A stretch of DNA of 64,000 nt from Bacteroidales bacterium (GCA_046291875.1 JBKBSF010000019.1:19111-83110); one strand, 5' to 3'. Shown: positions 28,038 to 37,828, counted from the stretch's first letter. The notes: generated from the letters alone by a model not told the origin. A program made the numbers and translations.

Positions 28038-30482
28038 ATGTCTGCAGCAAAAAATAAAAAAATCAATCCTCCTTTACCCTTATCCAAAGAAGAAATACTC
28101 AAAGATTATCGCCTTGCTCATGAGAGTCGGCAGGCCAGCATAATGGGCCGGCGTGAGGTACTCACGGGCAAGGCGAAATTCGGCATTATGGGCGATGGCA
28201 AAGAGGTGCCACAACTGGCTATGGCCCGTGCTTTTCGTGCCGGCGACTGGCGCAGCGGCTACTACCGCGACCAAACCTTTATGCTGGCCACTGGCATGAC
28301 CACCCTCGAAGAACTTTTCAGCCAGCTGTATGGCGATACGGATCTGGAGGCCAATCCTTCCAACGGAGGCCGTATGATGAACAACCATTTTGCCACCCGC
28401 AGCCTCGACCCACAGGGCAACTGGAAAGACCTTACCCTGCAACCCAACTCCAGCGCCGATATTTCGCCTACAGCAGGGCAGATGCCCAGGTTGCTTGGCC
28501 TTGCGCAGGCTTCCAAAGTGTATCGCAATCATCCCGACAAAAGCATTCAACAAAATTTTTCCAATCAGGGCGATGAAGTTGCCTTCGGTACCATCGGCGA
28601 CTCTTCCACCAGTGAAGGGCTCTTCTGGGAAACCATGAACGCTGCTGGGGTGTTGCAGGTACCCATGGCCATGTCGGTGTGGGACGATGGCTATGGAATC
28701 AGCGTCCCCATCGATTACCAAACCATCAAAAAGAGCATTTCCGAAGCTCTCAAGGGATTTCAGCGTGATGCTCAGCACGAAGGATTCGAAATTCTTACAG
28801 CCAAAGCATGGGACTACCCCACCCTGCTGGAAGTTTATCGCAATGGGGTTGAGATCTGCCGAAAGCAACATGTGCCCGTATTGTTTCACATCACTGAAGT
28901 AACTCAACCCCAGGGGCACTCCACCAGTGGTTCGCACGAACGATACAAAACGCCCGAACGCATGGCCTGGGAGAAAGAGTTTGATGGCCTTGTACAGATG
29001 CGCAAATGGATACTCGAAAACCAGATCGCCCATGAAGAAGAGCTGAATCGCATTGAGGCAGAGGCCACTGAGCGTGTTAAGCAAGCTCGCAAAAATGCCT
29101 GGGAGAACTTTCAGAACCCCATTAAAAAAATGAGGGATGAGTTCATCGAAATGGTAAATATTACCCAATGCCAATGCCTTAAGGTTGATAAAATTGATAC
29201 CCTTATACAGGACCTGAAACGTGTGGGCGAGCCCATCCGCAAAGATGTGATCAGCACTGCGAAAAAGATACTCCGCCTGATTTGTCATACCTGCACCACC
29301 GAAGAATCGCTCAAGATGCAGGTGAGCAAATGGCTTGAAAACGCATTACAGGAAAGCCATGAGCGATACAGTTCGCACTTGTACAGCCAAACCTCTCTCT
29401 CTGCCATGCAGGTAAAAGAGGTGAAGCCACTTTATTCTGAAAACAGTAAAAAGGTAAATGGCAGGGAGATTCTGGTGGCCAATTACGATCATATATTCAC
29501 CCAATATCCCCAGACCCTGGTTTTTGGCGAGGATGTAGGAAAAATTGGAGGAGTAAACCAGACCCTTGAAGGGATGCAGGCCAAATACGGTGAGTTGCGG
29601 GTAAGCGATACAGGTATCCGCGAGGCCACCATACTGGGGCAGGCACTGGGAATGGCCATGCGTGGACTTCGCCCCATTGCAGAGATTCAGTATTTCGATT
29701 ATCTGCTCTATGCCTTACAGGTAATCAGCGACGATTTGGCAACCCTTCGCTACCGCACCGCCGGCGGCCAGAAAGCCCCGGTAATCATCAGCACCCGGGG
29801 GCACCGACTCGAAGGAATCTGGCATTCGGGCAGCCCCTTAAGCATGGTGATCAACTCTATAAGAGGAGTTTATGTGCTGGTACCCCGCAACATGACCCAG
29901 GCTGCAGGCTTTTACAACACCATGCTTCAAAGCGACGACCCCGCATTGATCATCGAACCCTTGAACGGATACCGGCTCAAGGAGGTAATGCCAGATAACA
30001 TAGGGGAATTTACAGTACCCCTGGGTAAACCCGAAATCCTCCGCCAGGGCAACGATGTTACCCTGGTTACTTACGGATCGTGTGTGCGCATTGCAGAAGA
30101 TGCCGCCGATCAACTGGCCGAATACGGAATTTCCGTTGAGTTGATCGACGTGCAATCCCTTCTTCCTTTTGATATCGATCATACCATCGTGGAGTCGCTC
30201 AAAAGAACTAATAAGATCGTATTCTTCGACGAGGATGTGCCGGGTGGTGCAACCTCCTATATGATGCAGAAAGTGCTGGAAGAACAAAACGGATATCTCT
30301 ACCTGGATGCCAAGCCCGGCACGGTAACCGCCAGAGAACACAGGGCAGCCTACAGCACAGATGGCGACTATTTCTCCAACCCCAATGCAGAGGATGTATT
30401 CGATGCCATTTACGAGATCATGCATCAATACAACCCACAACGTTTCCCCGACCTGTACCCTCACAGCAGGCCGAAATCTTAA
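28038..30482 (+). CDS. fused alpha-ketoacid dehydrogenase E1 component (alpha and beta subunits in one polypeptide), TPP-dependent
   Basis: 814 aa. N-half is E1-alpha-like (GDGKEVPQLAMA, GTIGDSSTSEGLFWE). C-half is E1-beta/transketolase-like (LVFGEDVGKIGGVNQTLEGMQAKYGELRVSDTGIREATILGQALGMAMRGLRPIAEIQYFDY). Confidence 0.85.
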   Translation: MSAAKNKKINPPLPLSKEEILKDYRLAHESRQASIMGRREVLTGKAKFGIMGDGKEVPQLAMARAFRAGDWRSGYYRDQTFMLATGMTTLEELFSQLYGDTDLEANPSNGGRMMNNHFATRSLDPQGNWKDLTLQPNSSADISPTAGQMPRLLGLAQASKVYRNHPDKSIQQNFSNQGDEVAFGTIGDSSTSEGLFWETMNAAGVLQVPMAMSVWDDGYGISVPIDYQTIKKSISEALKGFQRDAQHEGFEILTAKAWDYPTLLEVYRNGVEICRKQHVPVLFHITEVTQPQGHSTSGSHERYKTPERMAWEKEFDGLVQMRKWILENQIAHEEELNRIEAEATERVKQARKNAWENFQNPIKKMRDEFIEMVNITQCQCLKVDKIDTLIQDLKRVGEPIRKDVISTAKKILRLICHTCTTEESLKMQVSKWLENALQESHERYSSHLYSQTSLSAMQVKEVKPLYSENSKKVNGREILVANYDHIFTQYPQTLVFGEDVGKIGGVNQTLEGMQAKYGELRVSDTGIREATILGQALGMAMRGLRPIAEIQYFDYLLYALQVISDDLATLRYRTAGGQKAPVIISTRGHRLEGIWHSGSPLSMVINSIRGVYVLVPRNMTQAAGFYNTMLQSDDPALIIEPLNGYRLKEVMPDNIGEFTVPLGKPEILRQGNDVTLVTYGSCVRIAEDAADQLAEYGISVELIDVQSLLPFDIDHTIVESLKRTNKIVFFDEDVPGGATSYMMQKVLEEQNGYLYLDAKPGTVTAREHRAAYSTDGDYFSNPNAEDVFDAIYEIMHQYNPQRFPDLYPHSRPKS

Positions 30483-30540
30483 TTTTTCATAACAAAGCAG
30501 GCTGACTGCCTGAAGCTTAGGTGTAGCAAAACACATATAT

Positions 30541-30570
30541 ACACAGGGTTCTTTTGCCAGAACCCTGTGT
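30541..30570 (+). terminator. hairpin (12-bp stem) downstream of the E1 fusion gene
   Basis: ACACAGGGTTCT-tttgcc-AGAACCCTGTGT, followed by AATGTTTTTA. Confidence 0.55.
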
Positions 30571-30623
30571 AATGTTTTTAAATACATGTTTAAACGACTG
30601 ATTAAAAGTCAGAAAAAAAGCTT

Positions 30624-30631
30624 TATCTTTG
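30624..30631 (+). promoter_or_regulatory. -7 box TATCTTTG upstream of the Dak2-DegV gene
   Basis: TAnnTTTG match 77 nt upstream of the ATG at 30708. Confidence 0.4.
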
Positions 30632-30707
30632 CACCCCTCAAAGGGCAGGTGCACAAACAGTGGTCTGATGGCCGGTACCTGTATCATGTTTAACAAACAA
30701 TTTTCAA

Positions 30708-32516
30708 ATGAACGAAACCAACGTTTCCTCGGCCCAAAACCTCCTGGACGGCAAGCGTCTATATTTCAGTTTCCTGGCAGGTGCTTTCAATGTTTTTGAG
30801 AATCAGAAAATGCTCAACAAGATGAATGTTTTCCCGGTTCCGGATGCTGATACGGGCACCAACCTGGCCTCAACCTTCCGCTCCATAGTGGAGAACACTA
30901 CCCCCAGCGATCACATAAAAGAAACTACTATGGCCATTGCTGAAGCGGCACTTACGGGTGCGCGGGGCAATTCGGGCATTATCATAGCCCAGTTTCTGTA
31001 TGGTGTAAGCAATGAAATTGAAGACCAGAAGGAGATTACCCTGCAGAATTTTGCAGAGGCCGTAATGAAGGCAGTAAACTATGCTTACCAGGCCATTGCC
31101 AATCCGGTGGAAGGAACCATCATTACCGTTTTGCGCGAATGGGCTGAATTTATCTACAATTTAAAGGACAAGTTCGAAACCTTCGAACAACTCATGGGCG
31201 AGTCGCTGGTAAAAGCCCGCGAATCGCTTGCCCAAACACCAGAGAAACTGCAAATCCTCAAGAAAAACAATGTGGTGGATGCCGGTGCGCAGGGCTTTGT
31301 GGTTTTCCTGGAAGGGATCAACCAGATATTTCAAAAAGAGAATGTAAAGAAGATTCTGAGCTATAAAACCACCACCGTTCACGAAGACGCAGTTATCCTT
31401 GACGAACATGAGGAGAGTGAATTCAGGTATTGTACCGAAGCCCTTATCTCCCTGAAAAATACCGATAAGGCAACAGTGAAGGAATTTCTTACTCCTATGG
31501 GAGATTCATTGGTGATGGCAGGGCCCGACAAACGTATGCGAATCCACATCCACACCAACGCCCCTGAGGAAGTTTTTGCACACCTTGCCGATGTGAGCAG
31601 CATTCTCTACCAAAAGGTGGATGACATGGTGCGCCAGAACGAAATTGCCCATCGCCGCAAGTACGATATAGCCCTTGTGATCGACTCTACATGCGATCTG
31701 CCCCGGGAGCTCATCGAAGAGCACCAGATACACGTGGTTCCTCTTAATGTTTTTTTCGGCGAAAGTCAGTTCCTTGACCGCCTAACCATTACCCAGGAAA
31801 AATTCTTTCACTTGCTGGAAACCTCCGATGTGTACCCCACATCTTCGCAACCCGCCATCAAAGACATCACCAACACCTTCAGTTACCTCTCCACCCATTA
31901 TGAGTCAGTTGTTGCACTTCATATCTCATCGGTACTGAGTGGCACATTTGCCAACAGCAAAAAGGCAGCTGAGAAGATACAGAAGGAGAGCCGCAAACCC
32001 ATTGATGTGATGGATACACGTCAGACCAGTGGTGCCGCCGGGCTGATTGCTTTGCGCACTGCAGAAGCTATTGCAAATGGACTGACCCACCAGGAGCTTT
32101 TGCACTGGGTGCCGCAATGGACCGATAAGGTAAAACTTTTTGTGGGTGCCCGTTCACTCAAATCCTTTGTAAAGGGCGGAAGGGTGAGTCCTGCTAAAGG
32201 TTTTATAGGCAATCTTCTCAACACCAAGCCCATTATTTCTGTTGACGAAACCGGTAGAGCTCAGCTTTTCGACAAGGCTTTCAGCTACAAGGGAAGTTTG
32301 CGCAAAACCCTGGCCCATGCCCAGAAATATATCGGCAAGCAAAAACTCTGGGGATACTGTATCTTTCATGCCCAGGATCCTGATACAGCGAACTGGTATG
32401 CACAGGAGCTTGAAAAACTCACTGGCCAGAAACCACGCTATATCATGGAGGTATCACCCGTACTTGCCATCAGTGCCGGAATCGGTGCTGTGGGTGTTGC
32501 CCTTATGCTTGACTAA
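30708..32516 (+). CDS. Dak2 (DhaL-like, FakA N-terminal type) domain fused to a DegV (FakB-type fatty-acid-binding) domain
   Basis: 602 aa. N-terminus FPVPDADTGTNL...ALTGARGNSGIIIAQF is the Dak2/DhaL nucleotide-binding signature. C-terminus IALVIDSTCDLPRELIEEHQIHVVPLNVFFG...YPTSSQPAIKD...ALHISSVLSGTFANSKKAA is the classical DegV signature. Confidence 0.85.
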   Translation: MNETNVSSAQNLLDGKRLYFSFLAGAFNVFENQKMLNKMNVFPVPDADTGTNLASTFRSIVENTTPSDHIKETTMAIAEAALTGARGNSGIIIAQFLYGVSNEIEDQKEITLQNFAEAVMKAVNYAYQAIANPVEGTIITVLREWAEFIYNLKDKFETFEQLMGESLVKARESLAQTPEKLQILKKNNVVDAGAQGFVVFLEGINQIFQKENVKKILSYKTTTVHEDAVILDEHEESEFRYCTEALISLKNTDKATVKEFLTPMGDSLVMAGPDKRMRIHIHTNAPEEVFAHLADVSSILYQKVDDMVRQNEIAHRRKYDIALVIDSTCDLPRELIEEHQIHVVPLNVFFGESQFLDRLTITQEKFFHLLETSDVYPTSSQPAIKDITNTFSYLSTHYESVVALHISSVLSGTFANSKKAAEKIQKESRKPIDVMDTRQTSGAAGLIALRTAEAIANGLTHQELLHWVPQWTDKVKLFVGARSLKSFVKGGRVSPAKGFIGNLLNTKPIISVDETGRAQLFDKAFSYKGSLRKTLAHAQKYIGKQKLWGYCIFHAQDPDTANWYAQELEKLTGQKPRYIMEVSPVLAISAGIGAVGVALMLD

Positions 32517-32537
32517 GTAAGACATTTACTAATATGG

Positions 32538-32580
32538 AAAGAGGTCGTTCTATCGGGTAGAACGACCTCTTTTTTTTTTA
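32538..32580. terminator. bidirectional intrinsic terminator between the convergent Dak2-DegV and rubrerythrin genes
   Basis: AAAGAGGTCGTTCTA-tcggg-TAGAACGACCTCTTT (15-bp stem) followed by a T run of about 10. Confidence 0.85.
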
Positions 32581-32602
32581 GTTGCAATGATGCTGAGGCG
32601 AT

Positions 32603-33181
32603 TTAGTAATTTTCAACCCACTGCTCAAAATAGGCCTGAGGATGAGCACATGTGGGGCAGTTCTTAAGGGCTTTCTCTCCCTCATAAATATAACCACACT
32701 TGCGGCAGTACCACTTCACTTTCTCAGGACGCTGAAATACGGAGCCATCTTCTACCCTTTTTAGCAGTTTCAGGTAACGCTCCTCATGGTTTTTCTCAGC
32801 TTCGGCTATGAGTTTAAATGTTGTGGCAATCCTTTTAAAACCTTCTTCCTCGGCTATACGGGCAAACTCCGGATACAGAATTTCCCATTCTTCGTTTTCA
32901 CCTGCAGCAGCTCCTTTGAGGTTCTCTGCAGTGGTGCCGAGCTTTCCGGCAGGATAAGCAGCAGTAATCTCAACCATGCCGCCCTCAAGATACTCATAAA
33001 ACCTTTTGGCATGCATCTTCTCCTGGTTGGCAGTTTCGATAAAATACCCTGCTATTTGTTCGTATCCCTCTTCTTTGGCAATCTTGGCATACATCTCATA
33101 GCGACGCGTAGCCTGCGACTCTCCGGCAAATGCTTTAAGCAAATTCTGTTCTGTGCGCGTTCCTTTTATGCTTTTTTCCAT
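32603..33181 (-). CDS. rbr: rubrerythrin
   Basis: 192 aa. Has a ferritin-like diiron domain (EKMHAKRFYEYLEG, EAEKNHEERY) and a C-terminal rubredoxin-like CRKCGYIYEG...CPTCAHP. Confidence 0.9.
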   Translation of the reverse strand: MEKSIKGTRTEQNLLKAFAGESQATRRYEMYAKIAKEEGYEQIAGYFIETANQEKMHAKRFYEYLEGGMVEITAAYPAGKLGTTAENLKGAAAGENEEWEILYPEFARIAEEEGFKRIATTFKLIAEAEKNHEERYLKLLKRVEDGSVFQRPEKVKWYCRKCGYIYEGEKALKNCPTCAHPQAYFEQWVENY

Positions 33182-33316
33182 AGTAGTAGTATTGGTGTTA
33201 ATAATGAATACGGTATCTGTGCTTTAATCTAAAAAACAAATATACATTATTTCACTCAGCCTGCCGCCATCCACAATCAGGAAAACACTGACCTGCTGTA
33301 ATTTATAATCAGTTTA

Positions 33317-33360
33317 AATAAAAACGAGGATGCAATCTTCTGGAAAAGAGTTGCATCCTC
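33317..33360 (-). terminator. intrinsic terminator downstream of purA
   Basis: GAGGATGCAA...TTGCATCCTC (10-bp stem), followed on the minus strand by GTTTTTATTT. Confidence 0.6.
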
Positions 33361-33395
33361 ACTTGTATGTACTTTTCAGGTCCTTTAACGGAAAA

Positions 33396-34703
33396 TCATT
33401 TTTTAATAAGGGTTTGAGAGCGGTCGGGCCCAACAGACACGATATCTACACCTACACCGGTGAAGTTCTCCACAAAGCGAATATACTGGGCCAGTGCTGC
33501 GGGCAACTCATCGAAGCTTCTCACATGCTCCAACGACTGGTTCCAACCCTTGAAATTCTGGTAAACAGGCTCTATCTGATCTGCTTCAAACTCGAAAGGT
33601 ATATAATCGATCAATTCTCCTTTATACCGATAGCCAATACATACACGGAACTGTTCAAACCCGTTGAGCACATCGGCTTTGGTCATGATAAGCGATGTTA
33701 CACCATTGATCATGACACTGTATTTAAGTGCAGGCAGATCGAGCCACCCGCAGCGGCGTGGTCTGCCGGTGGTTGAGCCAAATTCGTTGCCTACTTCGCG
33801 AAGCTTTTCGCCATCAACATCAAACAACTCGGTAGGAAATGGGCCACTGCCCACTCGTGTACAATAGGCTTTAAAGATACCATAAACCTGGCCAATGGCG
33901 GAGGGTGCCAGCCCGAGACCGGTACATGCTCCGGCTGCTATGGTATTTGAGGAGGTAACAAAGGGATAGGATCCAAAATCTACATCCAGCAGCGACCCTT
34001 GAGCCCCTTCGGCCAGCATTTTCTTATTCTGCTCAAGACTATCATTGACAAAGATCTCTGAGTCTACAAAGGTGAACCCTTTGAGAACCTCCACGCCTTC
34101 AAACCACTTTTTCTCATATTCTTCAAAACTCAACCCGTCGAGCAACACGCTCTGGCGGTCGAACCCCAGGGCAATCACTTTCTTCAAATGGCTTTCCTTA
34201 AGCCTGTCGTATTGCTCACTGAAATCGTGTTGCAGCATATTACCCAAGCGCAGGCCGGTGCGAGCAATCTTATCGGTGTAGGTGGGTCCAATGCCCTTCA
34301 GGGTACTCCCAATTTTCAGATCGCCTTTGGAATGCTCCAGTGCAGCGTCCATAAGCTTGTGTGAGGGCAAAATCAGGTGGGCTTTGCGCGAAAGCAGCAA
34401 TCGCTGATGCAGCACCTCCATGGCAAGACCTATACTGTTAAGCTCCTTACGAAAGATCATCGGATCTATCACCACTCCATTGCCAATAAGATTTACCGAA
34501 CCCGCATGAAAAATGCCGGAAGGGATGGTGTGCAACACATATTTTTTATTGTCGAACTCAAGGGTATGACCGGCATTGGGCCCTCCCTGGAAACGTGCAA
34601 TTACATTGTACCCTGGTGTAAGTACGTCTACAATTTTACCTTTACCTTCATCGCCCCACTGTAAACCCAGGAGCACATCAGCCTTGTTTTTTGTATGGAT
34701 CAT
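33396..34703 (-). CDS. purA: adenylosuccinate synthetase
   Basis: VLLGLQWGDEGKGKIVD (P-loop) and GGPNAGHT. I prefer the start MIHTKNK at 34703. The track start at 34730 abuts the upstream terminator hairpin. Confidence 0.95.
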   Translation of the reverse strand: MIHTKNKADVLLGLQWGDEGKGKIVDVLTPGYNVIARFQGGPNAGHTLEFDNKKYVLHTIPSGIFHAGSVNLIGNGVVIDPMIFRKELNSIGLAMEVLHQRLLLSRKAHLILPSHKLMDAALEHSKGDLKIGSTLKGIGPTYTDKIARTGLRLGNMLQHDFSEQYDRLKESHLKKVIALGFDRQSVLLDGLSFEEYEKKWFEGVEVLKGFTFVDSEIFVNDSLEQNKKMLAEGAQGSLLDVDFGSYPFVTSSNTIAAGACTGLGLAPSAIGQVYGIFKAYCTRVGSGPFPTELFDVDGEKLREVGNEFGSTTGRPRRCGWLDLPALKYSVMINGVTSLIMTKADVLNGFEQFRVCIGYRYKGELIDYIPFEFEADQIEPVYQNFKGWNQSLEHVRSFDELPAALAQYIRFVENFTGVGVDIVSVGPDRSQTLIKK

Positions 34704-34730
34704 CTCTGAATTTTTTTCATCATTGCACAA

Positions 34731-34753
34731 AAAAAGCCGTAGACCGGCTTTTT
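34731..34753 (-). terminator. short hairpin downstream of the Fur-family gene
   Basis: AAAAAGCCG-tagac-CGGCTTTTT, symmetric with A and T runs on both sides. Confidence 0.45.
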
Positions 34754-34829
34754 ATCGTGTGTCAAAAGTAAGAATTTTTTTGGCAATACAGCCTATGGGA
34801 AGCTGGGTAAAAAGCTAAAAAACAGCTTT

Positions 34830-35381
34830 TCAGTTCTTTTTAATATTTTCGCAACTTTTGCAGCGCCCATAGAATGTAAAGGAACGATGCTCCACATCAA
34901 AACCCAGCAGGTTCTCAACAGAATTCTGGATCTCCTGCAGCCTTGGATCGCAAAACTCAAGCACTTTGCCGCACTCAGTGCATACAAGATGGTCGTGTTG
35001 TTTGTACTTATACGATTTCTCGAACTGTGCTACGTTTTTGCCAAACTGGTGCTTAATCACCAGGTTGCAATTGAGCAGCAATTCAATGGTATTGTAAAGG
35101 GTAGCTCTGCTCACCCTGTATTTGTTGTTTTTCATTTTAATGTAGAGCGACTCAACATCAAAATGCCCGTCGGTAAGGTAGATTTCTCTGAGAATGGTAA
35201 ACCTTTCCGGGGTTTTACGGTGCCCATTGTTTTCAAGGTAAACAGAAAAAATATTTTTTACTGTTTCCAGAACTTCCGGGTCTTCTTTGCGGTCTTTCAT
35301 GTACATCAGCAGATTTTTGATCTGGCCAGGTAATTCAAACGAAGTAATTCCCCTGTTTGTTAACAATACATTAACTTTCAA
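34830..35381 (-). CDS. Fur-family metalloregulator (Fur/PerR/Zur type not resolvable)
   Basis: [28 protein letters not shown] and a C-terminal CKSC (structural Zn CxxC pairs). At 183 aa it is long for Fur, so internal starts (MYMKDRK...) are possible. Confidence 0.8.
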   Translation of the reverse strand: MKVNVLLTNRGITSFELPGQIKNLLMYMKDRKEDPEVLETVKNIFSVYLENNGHRKTPERFTILREIYLTDGHFDVESLYIKMKNNKYRVSRATLYNTIELLLNCNLVIKHQFGKNVAQFEKSYKYKQHDHLVCTECGKVLEFCDPRLQEIQNSVENLLGFDVEHRSFTFYGRCKSCENIKKN

Positions 35382-35471
35382 GCCATAAAGATATAAAATC
35401 TTTTGGTTATTTGAAATGGTTATAAATAATTATTGCTTTGCCCGCCAATTGGGCAATACAGGGGCATTTGA

Positions 35472-37739
35472 CTACTTGCCGATTCTCGAAACCTGTTTTA
35501 CTCCCTTAATTTTTTTGATCTTGGAGATCAGGTTGTTCAGATGCTGGGTATCATTCACATAGAGCATTACTGTACCCTCGAAAGTCCCCGCATTGCTGTC
35601 GATATTAATGGATCGGATATTGAGGTTATACTCGCTGGAGATAAGATTGGTGAGATTGTTGAGAATTCCCATATCATCGATCCCCTGTATTTTGATACCA
35701 CTGAGAAAGGCAATGGATTTACCGGTATACCATTTGGCTTTTACAATCCGGTAGGCAAACTTCGACATCAGCTGCACCGCGTTGGGGCAGTTGTTGCGGT
35801 GTATTTTGATGCCTTCGTTAATGGTAACAAATCCGAAAACATCATCTCCCGGAATGGGGTTGCAGCAGGGCGAAAGGGTATAATCCAGGGCTTCCATGCT
35901 ATCGCCAATGAGCAGAGTATCGGGCTTTTCTTTGAGTTTGGCCCTGATGGGATCGAAAGGTTCTTTCTCGGGTGCCTGTGTACGGCCACTTTTGGAGAAG
36001 GGATTTTTCAGGTAACTCAACAGCCCTCCCCTCTCGTTCTCTGACAAGTATCCTTTCAGGTCTTTGATATCGAGTTTGTCAACGGCAAACTCATAATACA
36101 GATCCAGGGGAGCCTGCAGTTTAAAATGGTTCACAAGCTTCTGTATGGTTTCTTGCGAAGAATCCATTTTAAGCTGTTTGAGCTTGCGGTCGAGTTTCTC
36201 CTTGCCGTCTTCTGCAATTTTCTTTTTCTCCTCCTTCAGTGCAGTCTTGATCTTTCCTTTGGCCCTGGCGGTGGTAACGTAATTGAGCCAGTCGGGCTTT
36301 GGCTTTTGCTTTACAGAGGTAATGATCTCGATCTGATCGCCACTTTTGAGCGGGTGGCTCAAAGGCACAAGTTTGTGGTTGAGCTTTGCTCCCAGGCACT
36401 GATCGCCCACCTTGGTATGTATGCTGTAGGCAAAGTCGAGTGCGGTAGAACCAACGGGCAGCGTGCGCAATTCGCCCTTGGGTGTAAAAACGAATATCTC
36501 GTCGGAGAAAAGGTTCAGTTTAAAATCGTCGATAAAATCAAGAGCATCCTTCTCGGAAGTTTTCAGGATCTCGCGGATTCTGTTCAGCCACTTATCAATG
36601 CCACTTTCGCCTGCTTTGGATTCCTTGTATTTCCAGTGGGCAGCATATCCTTTTTCGGCAACATCGTCCATCCGTTTGGTACGAATCTGCACCTCAACCC
36701 ATTTACCTTGCTTACTCATCACGGTAGTATGCAGCGATTCATAACCGTTGGCTTTGGGAGTAGAAATCCAGTCGCGCAGGCGATCCGGGTTGGGGCGGTA
36801 AATATCGGTAACAATGGAATAGGCCCGCCAGCAATCGGCCTTCTCTCGCTGCTCAGGAGTATCAAGGACGATACGTATGGCAAAAATATCGTATACCTCT
36901 TCGAAGGGCACCTCCTGTTTCTTCATTTTACCCCAGATGGAGCTGATGGATTTGGTGCGTCCCAGTATCTTGTAGCCAAGCCCCTGTTCGTTTAGAGCCT
37001 TTTTGATGGGAAGGGTAAAGTTGGCAATAAACCGGTTACGTTCTTCTTCAGAGTCGACCAGTTTCTGTGAAATATCACTGTAAATTTCCGGATCGGTATA
37101 TTTGAGGGCAAGATCCTCCAGTTCGCTTTTTATGGCATGAAACCCGAGCCTGTGGGCCAGGGGAGCAAAAAGATAGAGGGTTTCATTGGCAATCTTAAGT
37201 TGCTTTTTGGGAGGCAGCGAATCCAGGGTTCGCATGTTGTGCAACCTGTCGGCCAGTTTTATCAGGATTACCCTCACATCGTCGGAAAGGGTAAGGAGCA
37301 TCTTTCTGAAATTTTCGGCCTGCACCGAAGTGGTTTGATCGAAGATGCCTGATATTTTGGTAAGCCCGTCGATGATGCGCGCCACCTCTTCTCCAAAATA
37401 TTCGGTAATATCGGCCAGGGTATAATCGGTATCTTCCACCACATCGTGTAAAAGAGCGCACACCACGCTGGTTGCACCCAGGCCAATTTCTTCCACCACA
37501 ATGCGTCCTACGGCTATAGGATGATAAATATAGGGTTCGCCACTTTTGCGGCGGTGATCTTTGTGCGCCTGTAGGGCAAAATTAAAAGCCTGCCGGATTT
37601 TCTTTCTGTCGTTGGGTTTGGTGCTGGGGCGGCACACCGAGAGCAAACCCCTGTATTGTTTCAGGATTTCCAGTCGCTCCTGCTCCTGCTCCATGCTGTT
37701 TATATTTATGCTTTCCGAGTCTGACACGTATAATACCAA
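35472..37739 (-). CDS. bifunctional RelA/SpoT-family (p)ppGpp synthetase/hydrolase
   Basis: 755 aa. HD hydrolase motif (YIYHPIAV...LLHDVVEDT), synthetase domain (GRTKSISSIWGKMKKQ...YDIFAIRIVL), and TGS and ACT-like C-terminal regions. Confidence 0.95.
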   Translation of the reverse strand: MVLYVSDSESININSMEQEQERLEILKQYRGLLSVCRPSTKPNDRKKIRQAFNFALQAHKDHRRKSGEPYIYHPIAVGRIVVEEIGLGATSVVCALLHDVVEDTDYTLADITEYFGEEVARIIDGLTKISGIFDQTTSVQAENFRKMLLTLSDDVRVILIKLADRLHNMRTLDSLPPKKQLKIANETLYLFAPLAHRLGFHAIKSELEDLALKYTDPEIYSDISQKLVDSEEERNRFIANFTLPIKKALNEQGLGYKILGRTKSISSIWGKMKKQEVPFEEVYDIFAIRIVLDTPEQREKADCWRAYSIVTDIYRPNPDRLRDWISTPKANGYESLHTTVMSKQGKWVEVQIRTKRMDDVAEKGYAAHWKYKESKAGESGIDKWLNRIREILKTSEKDALDFIDDFKLNLFSDEIFVFTPKGELRTLPVGSTALDFAYSIHTKVGDQCLGAKLNHKLVPLSHPLKSGDQIEIITSVKQKPKPDWLNYVTTARAKGKIKTALKEEKKKIAEDGKEKLDRKLKQLKMDSSQETIQKLVNHFKLQAPLDLYYEFAVDKLDIKDLKGYLSENERGGLLSYLKNPFSKSGRTQAPEKEPFDPIRAKLKEKPDTLLIGDSMEALDYTLSPCCNPIPGDDVFGFVTINEGIKIHRNNCPNAVQLMSKFAYRIVKAKWYTGKSIAFLSGIKIQGIDDMGILNNLTNLISSEYNLNIRSINIDSNAGTFEGTVMLYVNDTQHLNNLISKIKKIKGVKQVSRIGK

Positions 37740-37828
37740 TTAGATTTGTGCCCTAAAATTAATCATTTTTGGGGCTCCCTTGAAGCACGGTCAATTGTAT
37801 TTTAGAGCCAGAAATCTTAATGCTGCAT

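Noticed and set aside
28080-29288. A 402-aa minus-strand ORF antisense to the E1 fusion gene. Similar long antisense ORFs occur at 3222-3992, 16764-17414, 18180-18899, 29838-30587, 36126-36995, 39751-40545, 47946-48977, 60487-61254, 61668-62327 and 62385-63086.
   Set aside because: For those I checked (28080, 36126, 47946) the triplets are in register with the annotated sense gene, so the same codon-bias explanation applies. None has recognisable motifs, and every sense partner has strong family signatures. I saw no evidence for overlapping genes.
34703-35381. fur-purA adjacency as a special regulatory module.
   Set aside because: A terminator-like hairpin separates the two genes. As far as I recall, this adjacency is common in Bacteroidota, and nothing in the sequence points to a functional link.
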